A DNA stretch of 64,000 bases from Chloroflexota bacterium (GCA_003152165.1 PLZO01000125.1:1346-65345), one strand, 5' to 3'; counted from the first letter of the stretch, positions 36,804-46,567 are shown. Numbers and translations: made by a program. The notes: generated from the sequence alone by a model not told the origin.

Positions 36804-38064
36804 CTACCATCAGGTCGACCAAATCCCTCCCCCGGGGCTACTTGCGGTGACCGAGCCCTTTGCTTCTGGCGAGGACCAAGCGGAACGCGAAGGCGGATTC
36901 GCGGAGATCCGCCGTGTTGACCGAACGTACGCGTCCAAGGGTTTTGACTTGGCCGGGCATGTGGGAGTGCGTGCCCGCTTCATCCGCAAAGTCTTCGTCC
37001 CCGAATTCGACACTGAGGTCGATATCGACGGCGAAGGTACTCAGTGGCTCGTCTACACCTCCTCGAAAGGTCGTGTGCAGGTTCGACTGATCGTCTCCCG
37101 CGAACCGGGCCACGTCAGCGAAATCATCATCCAGCGCATCAATGCAACGGTTCATGGAGCGCGTGCGGACAACCTCGTCACGCTGACGGGCGAGGACGCC
37201 AGGCGGTTCATCGAGCTCATCAAGAACCTGGACTACATCCCTATCGAGGGCGCTGAAGGAATTCGGCTCGACGACGCCCTCGTCCGGGACCTTATGGCTT
37301 CTCCCGAGTCCGTATCGCAGATTTACGACAGAGACCCGGATGTATTTCGAAACCTCATCGCGGACGACGTGGCCGCGCGCGACGTCATCGCTCTATCACG
37401 AAGACGGAGCGAGGTGGAACGCTTCAAACGTCTGCTAGACGAGCGGGACTATTTTGACTCTGAGGTTGCGCTGACGCCACATAAGCGGCCCGAGGACGTA
37501 TGGCAAGGGTTCTTCGAGACGAACCCTTGGATACTCGGTACGGGCCTAAGTGGTCAGCTATTCACGTCCTGGGATGAGGACAAATTGGAACAGATCGTAG
37601 GCGGGGCGTCGATCGCGAATGTCGGCAAGCGGGCCGATGCGCTCATGCGCACGTCGGGTGTCGTGCGTTGGATGACCTTTGCAGAATTCAAGACCCACCT
37701 GACGCCTCTGCAGGCCCCCAAATACCGCCCAGGGACATGGCCACCTTCGGCCGAACTTGTGGGAGGCATCGCTCAGGCTCAGGCAACCGTCTGGCGCGCC
37801 ATGCAGGAAGTCGGCGCGGTCTTGCGCGGCACCGCTGCGGATGGATCAGAGATGACGGACGAGATGACATTCCTAACCCATCCGCGCTCGTACCTGGTTA
37901 TTGGCCAACTCGGAGAGCTTCTCGGGAAAGGTGGTGGACCGCACATGGATAAGATCCGGTCCTTCGAACTCTTCCGAAGGAGCGTCAGCGAACCTGAGAT
38001 CGTCACGTTCGACGAGCTGCTTGCCCGGGCCGAATGGGTCGTCGACACGGAACTAGGTGTCTAG
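36766..38064 (+). CDS. putative PD-(D/E)xK nuclease resembling the Shedu/DUF4263 anti-phage family
   Basis: C-terminal region ...FETNPWILGTGLSGQLF...GKRADALMRTSGVVRWMTFAEFK has an NPW(L/I)xG block and D-x16-E-x-K nuclease spacing that I recall from DUF4263. A/T-ending codon usage (gat, att, aaa, ggt) is atypical for this genome. The gene is flanked by recombinase remnants. The start may be internal (GTG near 36847). Confidence 0.5.
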   Translation: MHMRMGAKRQPGDYHQVDQIPPPGLLAVTEPFASGEDQAEREGGFAEIRRVDRTYASKGFDLAGHVGVRARFIRKVFVPEFDTEVDIDGEGTQWLVYTSSKGRVQVRLIVSREPGHVSEIIIQRINATVHGARADNLVTLTGEDARRFIELIKNLDYIPIEGAEGIRLDDALVRDLMASPESVSQIYDRDPDVFRNLIADDVAARDVIALSRRRSEVERFKRLLDERDYFDSEVALTPHKRPEDVWQGFFETNPWILGTGLSGQLFTSWDEDKLEQIVGGASIANVGKRADALMRTSGVVRWMTFAEFKTHLTPLQAPKYRPGTWPPSAELVGGIAQAQATVWRAMQEVGAVLRGTAADGSEMTDEMTFLTHPRSYLVIGQLGELLGKGGGPHMDKIRSFELFRRSVSEPEIVTFDELLARAEWVVDTELGV

Positions 38065-38370
38065 GGTGGCGACGGTCTGGCTGTTCGCTACCTCTCTGGC
38101 GAGCCGATTGCGTTCTCGTCTGACGTCGAGACGACATGGTTCACGAACGATGGCCGACCGTGGGCCTGGCGAACCGAGAACGGTTGGCTCTGGTCGTACG
38201 AGACGAGTCTAGCGATGGGATGGTTCTCCGGTAGGACCTTCTTCAGCGTGAACGGTGAGGCTCTCTACTTCAAGAACGAATAGCGTGCCCGTTGGCAGCG
38301 GAACGGGCCGATCAAGAACCTGCATGAGTTGCGTTCCCACCTCTCGCGTCACTTATCGCCCCCTTACGAG

Positions 38371-39336
38371 TCAGATTCCAATCGCGGCGGCTACATCGGG
38401 CCAAATCCGGTCAGCCTCGCCCTCCAGCCGCCTGAGATAGACGGTGGTCACGGCCAGCGAGCTGTGATCGAGAAACGAGCTAACGGCCTCGATCGACGCC
38501 CCAGCGTCCCGGCGGAGCTTCGCCGCCGTGTGCCGAAGTACGTGCAGCCCGGTCGGTGCCAACCCAGCCAGCCCCAGATACCGGCGGAACCTTGCGTAAA
38601 AAGACCCGCTTGTGATACCGAGGATGCTGACCGCCGCCTGCCAGAGCGACTCTTGCGGGTCCATCGTGGCCAAATCCTTGCCAGAGTCGGCCAGCGTCGC
38701 CCGGATCACCTCGTAGGCAGGTCGTGGAAGTTCACGCCGGCCGGTCTTGCCACCCTTGCCGCGATAGGAGTAGAGGGCCATCTCGCCTTCGAAGGTCAGG
38801 TCGGCGGCTCGTAGACCGAGCACCTCGGCTCGTCGTCGCCCTGTAAGGATCAAGACCAAGAGGATCGCCCGGTCGCGTCGACCTCGAACCGAGTCCGGAA
38901 TCACGGCCAGCAGTCGCCGAACTTCGTCGGCCGAATAGCCCCGAGCCGGTGCTTGAACCGTTCGAGGCCGCTCGACGGCATCGCACGGGTTCGAAACGAC
39001 GAGACCCATCCGGATCAAGAAGCGGTAGAACGAGCTCAGGCAGGCGATCCTGGCGCCGATGGTGGCTCCTGAGGGTGGCCGGCCCGATAGGCCGATTCCA
39101 TGGCCATAGGCCAGCACCTCGGCTGGCTTGACCCGGTCTGGGGTCGTGCCGGCAAAGAATGGCCAGAGCATCCGGCCGTAGCTCTCAACGGTCCTCTTCG
39201 AGCCCGACCGGTTGCCCTTCTCGACCAAGAACCCATACAGGGCCTGATCCCAGACCGATGGATCGCCGGATTGCAGGGCAGGGAGCGCCTGGTGGGGCAT
39301 CGTGGACCTCCTGAATTGGTGGATCACATCCATCAC
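38371..39336 (-). CDS. tyrosine-type recombinase/integrase (XerC/D-like)
   Basis: N-terminal SAM-like core-binding region and a C-terminal catalytic domain with R...HVLRHTAAK...TTVYLRR (R-H-R-Y pattern). Confidence 0.85.
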   Translation of the reverse strand: MMDVIHQFRRSTMPHQALPALQSGDPSVWDQALYGFLVEKGNRSGSKRTVESYGRMLWPFFAGTTPDRVKPAEVLAYGHGIGLSGRPPSGATIGARIACLSSFYRFLIRMGLVVSNPCDAVERPRTVQAPARGYSADEVRRLLAVIPDSVRGRRDRAILLVLILTGRRRAEVLGLRAADLTFEGEMALYSYRGKGGKTGRRELPRPAYEVIRATLADSGKDLATMDPQESLWQAAVSILGITSGSFYARFRRYLGLAGLAPTGLHVLRHTAAKLRRDAGASIEAVSSFLDHSSLAVTTVYLRRLEGEADRIWPDVAAAIGI

Positions 39337-39595
39337 TCAGGGGCCGGAAAATAGCAACACCATGACCGCATCGTGTGGTCGCTCAGGTGCGCCGGGCCGA
39401 ACGTTCAGAACTATTGATGCCCAACACGGGTCGCCCGATTGGGTGTCAGGCTCCCAGATTGCTACGGGCCTATCTATGCCTCGCTTGTAGGTCCGTGAGG
39501 CGGTCAGCTCGGATCTCAAGCCCTTGGGCAAGCCTCCGTGCCCATCGATGCCCCGGGTCATTTGATCGTGTTCCGGTGTGACAACTTCGATGACA

Positions 39596-40360
39596 TCAAA
39601 CCCCGATGGTTGGCCCGATGCCCGATCGACGACACCGATGGCTGAGTGCGCTGTACGCGGCGACATACCAGGCGCCCTGCTTCAAACCGTCCCAGAAGTA
39701 GGCGCTCAACCGGCGGTCGGCCAGCGCTTCGCCGCAGCGGGCACAGTGGTTGTGGTTCGCGCACCTGCAGTCGACCCGGATGACCCGCGGCCCGGGATAG
39801 CGGGTCCCGGGCTCGCCGATCTGCAGTAGATCGCCGGCGAGCTCGCCGCAGGTTCGGCACGCGGCGAGGCCCGGTCCGGAGCCGCCTGGATCTCCAGCCG
39901 CCAATCGGGCGAGGTCCTCAGGCGATGCGACCCGGCCACCCTCGAGATTGTCCCCGACGATGTAGCCGCTCCCACGATGGCGTTCGGCGAAGAGGCGCAG
40001 GTCGATCCGCCGTCCGGCCATTTCCGGCGTTTCCGGGACGTCCACCGGCAGGAGGATCCGCTCGATCACGGGCATCCCGCTCGGCACGATCCTTGACGCA
40101 GTCGGTGCCCCAGTCTCGTCACGATCGCGGTCGACGTCGACGTCGACGTAGAGGGCATCGGCCGGCCCCAGGACGAGACAAGTCGACATCTGGTTGGTGG
40201 ATGCCTGCCGCTCGAGGAGCTCGAGCAGACGGTCGCGCGACCAGTCGGCCGGGACGATCGCAAGATGACGGAGCGCGCACGCCCCGATCCGGGTGACCAG
40301 GTACGGGTAGCCGGTGAAGGCAGGCAGGCTGCCATAGCCAGCCCAGGCGTAGGTGAGCAT
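39596..40360 (-). CDS. hypothetical protein with C-terminal Cys-rich (zinc-binding-like) region
   Basis: CRTCGE...CRCANHNHCARCGE cluster. The 254-aa product has protein-like composition. Confidence 0.5.
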   Translation of the reverse strand: MLTYAWAGYGSLPAFTGYPYLVTRIGACALRHLAIVPADWSRDRLLELLERQASTNQMSTCLVLGPADALYVDVDVDRDRDETGAPTASRIVPSGMPVIERILLPVDVPETPEMAGRRIDLRLFAERHRGSGYIVGDNLEGGRVASPEDLARLAAGDPGGSGPGLAACRTCGELAGDLLQIGEPGTRYPGPRVIRVDCRCANHNHCARCGEALADRRLSAYFWDGLKQGAWYVAAYSALSHRCRRSGIGPTIGV

Positions 40361-40743
40361 TCCTCGACTCCTATCGCACCCGGCTGGGGCACCGTGGCGG
40401 CCTGAGGAATGCCGATCGGTTGCCGCGCCGTCCTCGAGCCGGGGCTCTCAGGCGCTCTTGATAGGTGGCATCACTGGGATGCCGAGGGGAGTGTAGGCCG
40501 CAGGCTGTGACAGCTCAGCAGTCACGGTGAGACGTTCGCGAGACGGACCGGCAGACGGGGGCGATGGTCGGTCCTCGTGGTGCGACGCCGAGGCGGCCAG
40601 GGTGGGGGCCGGATGCCTGACCTGCCCGCTGATGCAGGAGCTTGGGGGGTACGACGTGGCGGCACGTAGGCATTGCCTGCGCCCTCAGCGTGACTTACTG
40701 TCGCGGCTACTGCTTCCGATCCCCGAGCGCGAGGCTGCACAGA

Positions 40744-41046
40744 ATGCGACACCACTCGGATCCGAACTGGGAGCCCAGCCAACGCCGCTATGAACGTCGG
40801 GTTCGCTGGCACGGACTCGACATGGCAGCGATCTACGACACGTCGGTCCGTGGTGCGAAGGTAAGGTCGGAGTCCGACCGCCGTTGGGTAATCGAGTGCA
40901 ACGAGCACCACCAACGCACCTCCGCCAAGACCTACCACGATGCCTGCGCGAGCGCATTGGACCGCTCGTGGTGGTGTGACGGTGACGGTGACATGCACCC
41001 TGAAGACGCTTATTCATGGGAGGTGCGGGAGGCAGAAGGTCGCTAA
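40744..41046 (+). CDS. hypothetical protein
   Basis: W/H/D-rich protein-like product (MRHHSDPNWEPSQRRYERRVRWHG...). It competes with an antisense ORF (40522-40998), so strand and start are uncertain. Confidence 0.3.
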   Translation: MRHHSDPNWEPSQRRYERRVRWHGLDMAAIYDTSVRGAKVRSESDRRWVIECNEHHQRTSAKTYHDACASALDRSWWCDGDGDMHPEDAYSWEVREAEGR

Positions 41047-41752
41047 CGACGGTATCGTCGCCGCGCGAGTCTGGCCGACAGGTTTCGCGGCGGCGCCAGC
41101 CGCCGGGCCTAGCCAATTGGAACGTCAGGGCACGGCGGCGCATGCGCCTGATCGCTTGACTCCACTGGAACCGGACCCAATGACCTCTTGACCCGTGGCT
41201 GCCGCGCCTCAATCATCCGCGGGTGAGTGTTGTCATACGTCTTGTGCCCAGACCGTCGAACGACCGTCGATGTCACGGTCGATGGCATCGATCAAGCGTC
41301 GTGCGACCGTGTATGGGAGACCTCCGTCGAGGGCCTCGACGACGGACCTGAGCATCAGCGCTTCTGGGTCACCGTCGCTCGGGAGATCGCGCGAAGCGCG
41401 TAGACCTCGCGAGGGAAGCAGAAACCTTCGATCGGCTCCCTCAGTCCCGGTTCGCCCGAGGGCGCAGGCTCACCAGGAGCCGCGCCATGATCGTGCCATC
41501 GGCCCACTCGCGCCGGCATCGGCGACAGCGCCAATCAGGTGATGTCAACTCGACGGAGCAGCCCCCAAGCGCGATCTCGCCCCGTCGCGCCTTCTCATAC
41601 CCTTGGGCGACGGCAGCCCGTAGACGATCGGGAGCGGATCGCGGTCGCCGCACGTCGCACAGGTCGCGCCTATGCCGCGGCGATGCCTGACGTGTTGAAG
41701 TTACGGATCGCTGCCGGTCCCGGCGCATCTCCGGACGGCGGGTCATCCGGCC

Positions 41753-42073
41753 ATGAAGCAATACGGCGACGGTGTCGGCTACCGCAACCCGCACGAGTTC
41801 GAGGGCGACGACATCTCGCAGCAGTACCTTCCCGATGCCCTCGTGGAGCAGCGGTACTACGTGCCGCGCGACCAGGGCGACGAAGCGACGGTCAGCGCAC
41901 GGATGGCTGTATTAGATAGTGCTCGGCAAGCTGTTCGGGAAGCTGGTCGCCAGCGTCGGAAGCAGGATCGACCTGGGGTCGACCCGATGGCGTCGATGAG
42001 CGACGGGCTGAACGCCCATAACGAGAGTCGGAAGCGACTGGCCGAGACGCAGAAGCGCGACGCTGGAACTTGA
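41753..42073 (+). CDS. hypothetical protein
   Basis: The 106-aa product has diverse composition (MKQYGDGVGYRNPHEFEGDDISQQYL...). Confidence 0.45.
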   Translation: MKQYGDGVGYRNPHEFEGDDISQQYLPDALVEQRYYVPRDQGDEATVSARMAVLDSARQAVREAGRQRRKQDRPGVDPMASMSDGLNAHNESRKRLAETQKRDAGT

Positions 42074-42299
42074 GGGGGAGGGATCGTGGAGCCGGCGGCA
42101 AGAAGCGCGCCGAGTACCACAGCGTTGTCACCTGGTACACACGTATGGTTCGTCGTATTGATGGAACCCGGGAGACAGGACCCTTGACGGGGGTTATGCC
42201 TCGATGTGCCCGCGCTCGGTCGCGTCGAACGATTTTCCGCAGGCGCGGCCACAAGATGTAAGAGCGTGCACGTCCCGCCTTGCGGCCCAAGGGACCGGG

Positions 42300-43466
42300 T
42301 CAGCGATTGCCCTTCGCGCGGTTGTGCGTCACGCAGAGCATCTCGCAGTTCTCTTTCGACGTAGACCCACCGTTGCTCCACGCGGCGACATGGTCGGCGT
42401 CCATCTCGGCGAGCCCCCAGATCTTGACCTTGTTCGAGGCGTTGCCAACGGCACAGAGCGGGCAGTTCGAGACGCTCGTCGCTTGAGCTTTCGCCGTCTG
42501 CTCCTCGTAGACGACACGCTTGGTAACCTCGTCGAAGAGGCGCACTTGGAGGAGCTTGGTGTCTGTCTCGCCGCCGAGGATGAACTCGAAGATCCCCTTA
42601 CGATCTTTCACGAACGGGTCGGCATAGAGCGCACGGACTCGTTCGGCCACCTTGTCCGCGTCATAGGGGTGTCGGTGGTAGGTCTCGTAGAGGCGGCCCC
42701 ACTCCAGTCCGCGCATCTCCTTCTCGACGCTCGTGAAGACGGTCGCAACCCAGTCGATGACGGCGTTGAAGTAGGCCTTGACCTCGCTGATGTCGCGGTC
42801 GTTGCGATGGCGGCTCATGTAATCAGCAACGTTGACCTTGCTCACCCACTCGAGAGCCCGCTCCCAGAAGTCTTGGCGGTTCGCCACGCCCCGGACGTAG
42901 GCGCTCCACTTCTGGACATTCGCGTTCTGGCTGTTGCTGAACTCGTGCCTGCCGGCGGTGACGAAGGGTCCCGAGTAAACGGCGTTTAGCAGCTCTTGAT
43001 CGTTTAGCGGCACTCCGGCGGTGTTGATCGTGCGGAACCACTCCTTGATCTCACTCTCGGTGCCACTGCACTCGTAGACGAGGATCTCGGAGTCGAGAAT
43101 CTTCTGCTGCTTATCGGCGGCTAGACCGCCAAAGTACTGTTCCATCCCGAGCTCGTCCTTGACGGCGAACTTGCCCGTGACGTAGCGCCCGAAGCTCGTA
43201 ATGCGCTGCTGCCCATCTAGTACCTCGTGCCTGTCGTCGCCGACGTGGTTGAAATAGATCAAGCCGAGCGGATATCCAGCCAGAAGCGACTTGACGACGG
43301 CAATCTCCAAGCGGCCGCCCTTCTCCGCGTAGATGTAGTTGCGCTGGTACTCGGGTTGGATGGTCAGCCTGCCCGCGAGCCCGAACAGGCCGCGCCCCTC
43401 CAGCGCGTTATAGACGAACCCATCACAGATCTGGCGAACGGTGTATTGCTTAAGCTCTGTCTTCAT
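42300..43466 (-). CDS. DUF262 (ParB/Srx-like, DGQQR motif) fused to HNH endonuclease; GmrSD/SspE-like nuclease
   Basis: N-terminal [11 protein letters not shown]...[10 protein letters not shown] is the DUF262 hallmark. C-terminal CPLC...[30 protein letters not shown] is an HNH domain with Zn cysteines. The start overlaps the upstream MTase stop (ATGA). Confidence 0.85.
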   Translation of the reverse strand: MKTELKQYTVRQICDGFVYNALEGRGLFGLAGRLTIQPEYQRNYIYAEKGGRLEIAVVKSLLAGYPLGLIYFNHVGDDRHEVLDGQQRITSFGRYVTGKFAVKDELGMEQYFGGLAADKQQKILDSEILVYECSGTESEIKEWFRTINTAGVPLNDQELLNAVYSGPFVTAGRHEFSNSQNANVQKWSAYVRGVANRQDFWERALEWVSKVNVADYMSRHRNDRDISEVKAYFNAVIDWVATVFTSVEKEMRGLEWGRLYETYHRHPYDADKVAERVRALYADPFVKDRKGIFEFILGGETDTKLLQVRLFDEVTKRVVYEEQTAKAQATSVSNCPLCAVGNASNKVKIWGLAEMDADHVAAWSNGGSTSKENCEMLCVTHNRAKGNR

Positions 43467-44668
43467 CCGACGGGCCTCCGATGCCCGATAAAGACTCTCT
43501 GGTAGGCCGACTGTATGACTCGCCCATCCTTGTTGATGAAGTAGTTCTTCTTCCCGTCATTTCCGGCCAGGTTGGCGTTCTCGTTCGTCTTTCCACCAGA
43601 GGAGCCAGTCTTGCTGCCGTCTTGACGCACTTCCCAGTAGTCGTCGTATTTGACAGTATCGGGAACGGCATCATGACATCCGCGCTGCGTAGCTCCCAAG
43701 ACCTCGAACTGCTCGGGTGAGTACTTATCGAGGAAACTGATTGGGACGCCCATCACGCCTTCGTAGTCGCTCGGGATCGCGTCGGTGAATGGGACCTCGA
43801 TGGCGTCGTAGTTGTCGTATTTCATGTAGCCCGCTTTGCCCCTGATCTCCTTGTGCCTGCTGAACCGCAGGTTGTCGCTCATGGTCATAAGTGGGAGGGG
43901 TTGGTGGCGACGTCCGTGGTCGAGGTTCGTGAACCAGCAGGAGTTGCCAAGCCTCGTGTAATCGCCAACGTACCCGAGGCGAGCGGCCTTTTCTTTATCC
44001 GCAGCGGCGACCACCGCGCCCGGTGGAACGCCGAAGACCATGTCACTGCCGTTCCCGGTCGCACCGAGCCACATACGATCGCTCTTGATCAGCGGGAACA
44101 CCTCTTTATAGGTGATGGCGTTCATGTTGCCGATGATCACGAATTTCTTGTGAGCTTTGACCGTCCACGCCAGGAAATCGCGGAACATAGAGAACGGCGG
44201 GTTGGTGATGATGACGTCCGCCTCGTCACGGAGCCTTGTCACCTCTTCACTTAGGAAGTCGCCGTCGCCCGCGAGGTACTCCCACTCGAGGTCATTGACA
44301 TTCATCCGGCCGTCACCGGACACGTCTCGGCTGAGGGTGAAGGTCTTCCCGTTGACCGTAGTCTTTTCAGGATCGAACAGCGGGCTACTTGATTCCCAGA
44401 GCGTCGGCTGCCTGTGGTACATCGCTGCGCTGGGCGCGTAGCTCGTGCTGATGAGCTTCGCGAGTCCGAGGCGCTCGAAATTCTGTGCGAAGTACTTCGT
44501 GAAGTTGCTCCACTCGGGGTCGTCGCATGGTAGGAGCACCGCCTTACCGCGGAACACGTCCGGGTCGAACTCGAGATAGGCGTTCATTTCCTTCTCGATG
44601 TCCGCGTATTGCGTGTAGAACTCGTCGTTCTTCGCGTTCTTGGCGTTCCAGAGGTTGTTGTTCGGCAT
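43463..44668 (-). CDS. N6-adenine DNA methyltransferase, EcoRI-methylase family
   Basis: [60 protein letters not shown] matches the EcoRI-methylase family N-terminus. VIITNPPFS is the NPPF catalytic motif. The ORF-track N-terminal extension was rejected. Confidence 0.85.
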   Translation of the reverse strand: MPNNNLWNAKNAKNDEFYTQYADIEKEMNAYLEFDPDVFRGKAVLLPCDDPEWSNFTKYFAQNFERLGLAKLISTSYAPSAAMYHRQPTLWESSSPLFDPEKTTVNGKTFTLSRDVSGDGRMNVNDLEWEYLAGDGDFLSEEVTRLRDEADVIITNPPFSMFRDFLAWTVKAHKKFVIIGNMNAITYKEVFPLIKSDRMWLGATGNGSDMVFGVPPGAVVAAADKEKAARLGYVGDYTRLGNSCWFTNLDHGRRHQPLPLMTMSDNLRFSRHKEIRGKAGYMKYDNYDAIEVPFTDAIPSDYEGVMGVPISFLDKYSPEQFEVLGATQRGCHDAVPDTVKYDDYWEVRQDGSKTGSSGGKTNENANLAGNDGKKNYFINKDGRVIQSAYQRVFIGHRRPVG

Positions 44669-44870
44669 CAGTCGGCCCTCGCTTCGTAGTGACTTGGTGC
44701 AGGGCGAAGAGGCGTAGTCGCACGCGACCAACGCTCGCAGGGGCGCGTCGGCCCAGGCGCTCTGAGAGGACCTTCACGATGTCGCCGTAGTAGAGGGTAT
44801 TGAGATCGTTCGCCATACACAGAGCATACGAGGCCGCGTCGCCCCTGACTGGACTGGTCGGAAGGGAGGC

Positions 44871-45539
44871 TCAGGGCGGCCCAGTCTTGGCCGCGAGCGC
44901 AGCCTTCCTCGCGGCCGTCCGAGCCGGCTCGGTGAAATAGAAGCCGAACAAGGTGGCGAGTGTGTCGAGGGTCCACTCGGCCTCTCCGGGCTCCACCTCA
45001 AGGTAGTCGCCGGTCGCGGTCGACTTGTTCGGGTGCGCGGCCATGTTCCCGATGACGCGCAGTTCGTGGAGCGACTCAGTGCAGTAGCCCGGTAACCCGG
45101 CGTTGGTCAGTGCCCACTCGATCTCCTTGAAGAGGTCCGACTTCGGGGCCTTCGCCTGCTCGCCGAGCAGGTGCTGGAGGCAGCGGCGGGACAGGGCGGC
45201 GCTCGCGCGCGGCGAGTCCTGGAGGATCAGCGCGGCCTCCGAGTAGAGCCCGCGGTACGGCTCGGGGACCTCGGGCGGGAGCGGGGGCCGCGACGAGACG
45301 CGGGGCAGGAGCACGAATTCGTTCAGCATGAGCTGGGTGGCGGTGCCAGGCTCCGGGCCGTCTTCGTACCCGAGGTCGGAGTGGGTCAGGATGACGCCCG
45401 CGCACTTCGGACAGGCGACTGCCTCGACCTGATGGTTCTCGCCGCCCTGGTCGCTGTAGTACATCCGGTTCCCGCTGCCGTGAATGCCTCGTGTCGTCGG
45501 GACCGGGTGCATCTCGATGGAGCAGAACGGGCAAATCAT
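44871..45539 (-). CDS. zinc-ribbon + DUF4145-like domain protein
   Basis: N-terminal CPFC...CPKC zinc ribbon. The C-terminal AALSRRCLQHLLGE...LHELRVIGNMAAHPN resembles DUF4145. Confidence 0.65.
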   Translation of the reverse strand: MICPFCSIEMHPVPTTRGIHGSGNRMYYSDQGGENHQVEAVACPKCAGVILTHSDLGYEDGPEPGTATQLMLNEFVLLPRVSSRPPLPPEVPEPYRGLYSEAALILQDSPRASAALSRRCLQHLLGEQAKAPKSDLFKEIEWALTNAGLPGYCTESLHELRVIGNMAAHPNKSTATGDYLEVEPGEAEWTLDTLATLFGFYFTEPARTAARKAALAAKTGPP

Positions 45540-45732
45540 GGCGTCAGTCTAGGCGGGCCGCGACGCCCCGGAGTGCGCTGATCGGACGCCGAGGAGATCC
45601 CGTCACATGAACCGAGGCCCGACGGAGTTTGGTCCATCGAGCCTCGTGGATGGTGGCGTTACACCTTCGTGTTGGGTTCAACCGTGACGAGTGCGGCGAT
45701 GTGTGCCTGAGCGGGGACGTGGGTGGACGGGC

Positions 45733-45763
45733 GCGGGTGATGGGTGCGGGTGATGGGTGCGGG
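45733..45763. repeat. tandem GCGGGTGATGGGT x2.4 in intergenic region
   Basis: Read directly. It shares the core GCGGGTG(A/T)T with the 9-bp arrays inside the primase gene (19888-20036). Confidence 0.7.
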
Positions 45764-45979
45764 CTTCCCGGCGGCGGGCTTGGGGGCCTTCGTCGCGGCG
45801 GGTGAGGTGCCCGCGGAATTCGGGGCCCAGAGTCTCCACGATTCTCAGTACGGTTCAGTGCCGATTTGGCCTGCTGTCGATATCTCCTCGTGGCGCTCGC
45901 CGCTGCCAGCCGGGTCCGGGCCAGCCAGGCGCTTCGAATGACGTGAAACCAGCCTTCGGCTGCCAAGCTTCGAGCCAGG

Positions 45980-46567
45980 TCATCGTCGTGCGTCAATCCT
46001 GAAGGTAGCGGTTAGGGTGGGGCCGTCGCGCTCGGCTGAACCGACGTAGCCGTGCCCCTCGAAGACGGTCGCATCGTCTTCGTAGTCCTCATCCCCGTCC
46101 GGACCGCGCTTGTAGGTGCGGACCACCTCGGACGCGGTCCATCCACGCGTTGCTCGCGACAACTTGGCTTCGAGGCGGGCGAAATAGGCCCGCCCTTCGT
46201 CGGCTTCCTCGGACCCGTCGTCGGCAACATCGCGTCCACAGAAGCGACAGATCAGCGCCTCCCGCTTGATCAACTCTGCGCAATAGGGGCACTTGACGGT
46301 GTCCGACTCGAATACGACTGCCGTACCGGTCATGTAGAGGACGTGGTATCCCTTGCCGAGCCCGACGGGGCCATGACCATAGGTCGTGTGGATAACGCCG
46401 TTTGCCCCCATCTTGAGCGCTGTCTCGCGCAGCTTCGAGTTGCCTGTCTCGATTGACGGCGTTGCCGCCCAGATGGCGCGGCCACTGACCCACGCTTTGA
46501 TCGGGCCCAGGACCCGATAGGGCCTATCAGGTTCGCCGGCGTGGACTTCGATGTCTTCTACCCGCAC
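45980..46567 (-). CDS. YbjQ/UPF0145-like domain fused to zinc ribbon and acidic tail
   Basis: LRETALKMGANGVIHTTYGH...GYHVLYMTGTAVVF fits the YbjQ pattern. CPYCAELIKREALICRFCG is a zinc ribbon. Confidence 0.55.
   Translation of the reverse strand: MRVEDIEVHAGEPDRPYRVLGPIKAWVSGRAIWAATPSIETGNSKLRETALKMGANGVIHTTYGHGPVGLGKGYHVLYMTGTAVVFESDTVKCPYCAELIKREALICRFCGRDVADDGSEEADEGRAYFARLEAKLSRATRGWTASEVVRTYKRGPDGDEDYEDDATVFEGHGYVGSAERDGPTLTATFRIDARR

Noticed and set aside
40522-40998. 158-aa minus ORF
   Set aside because: It competes with the plus-strand ORF at 40744-41046. The plus product has the more protein-like composition, but neither is well supported. Only the plus ORF is listed, at low confidence.
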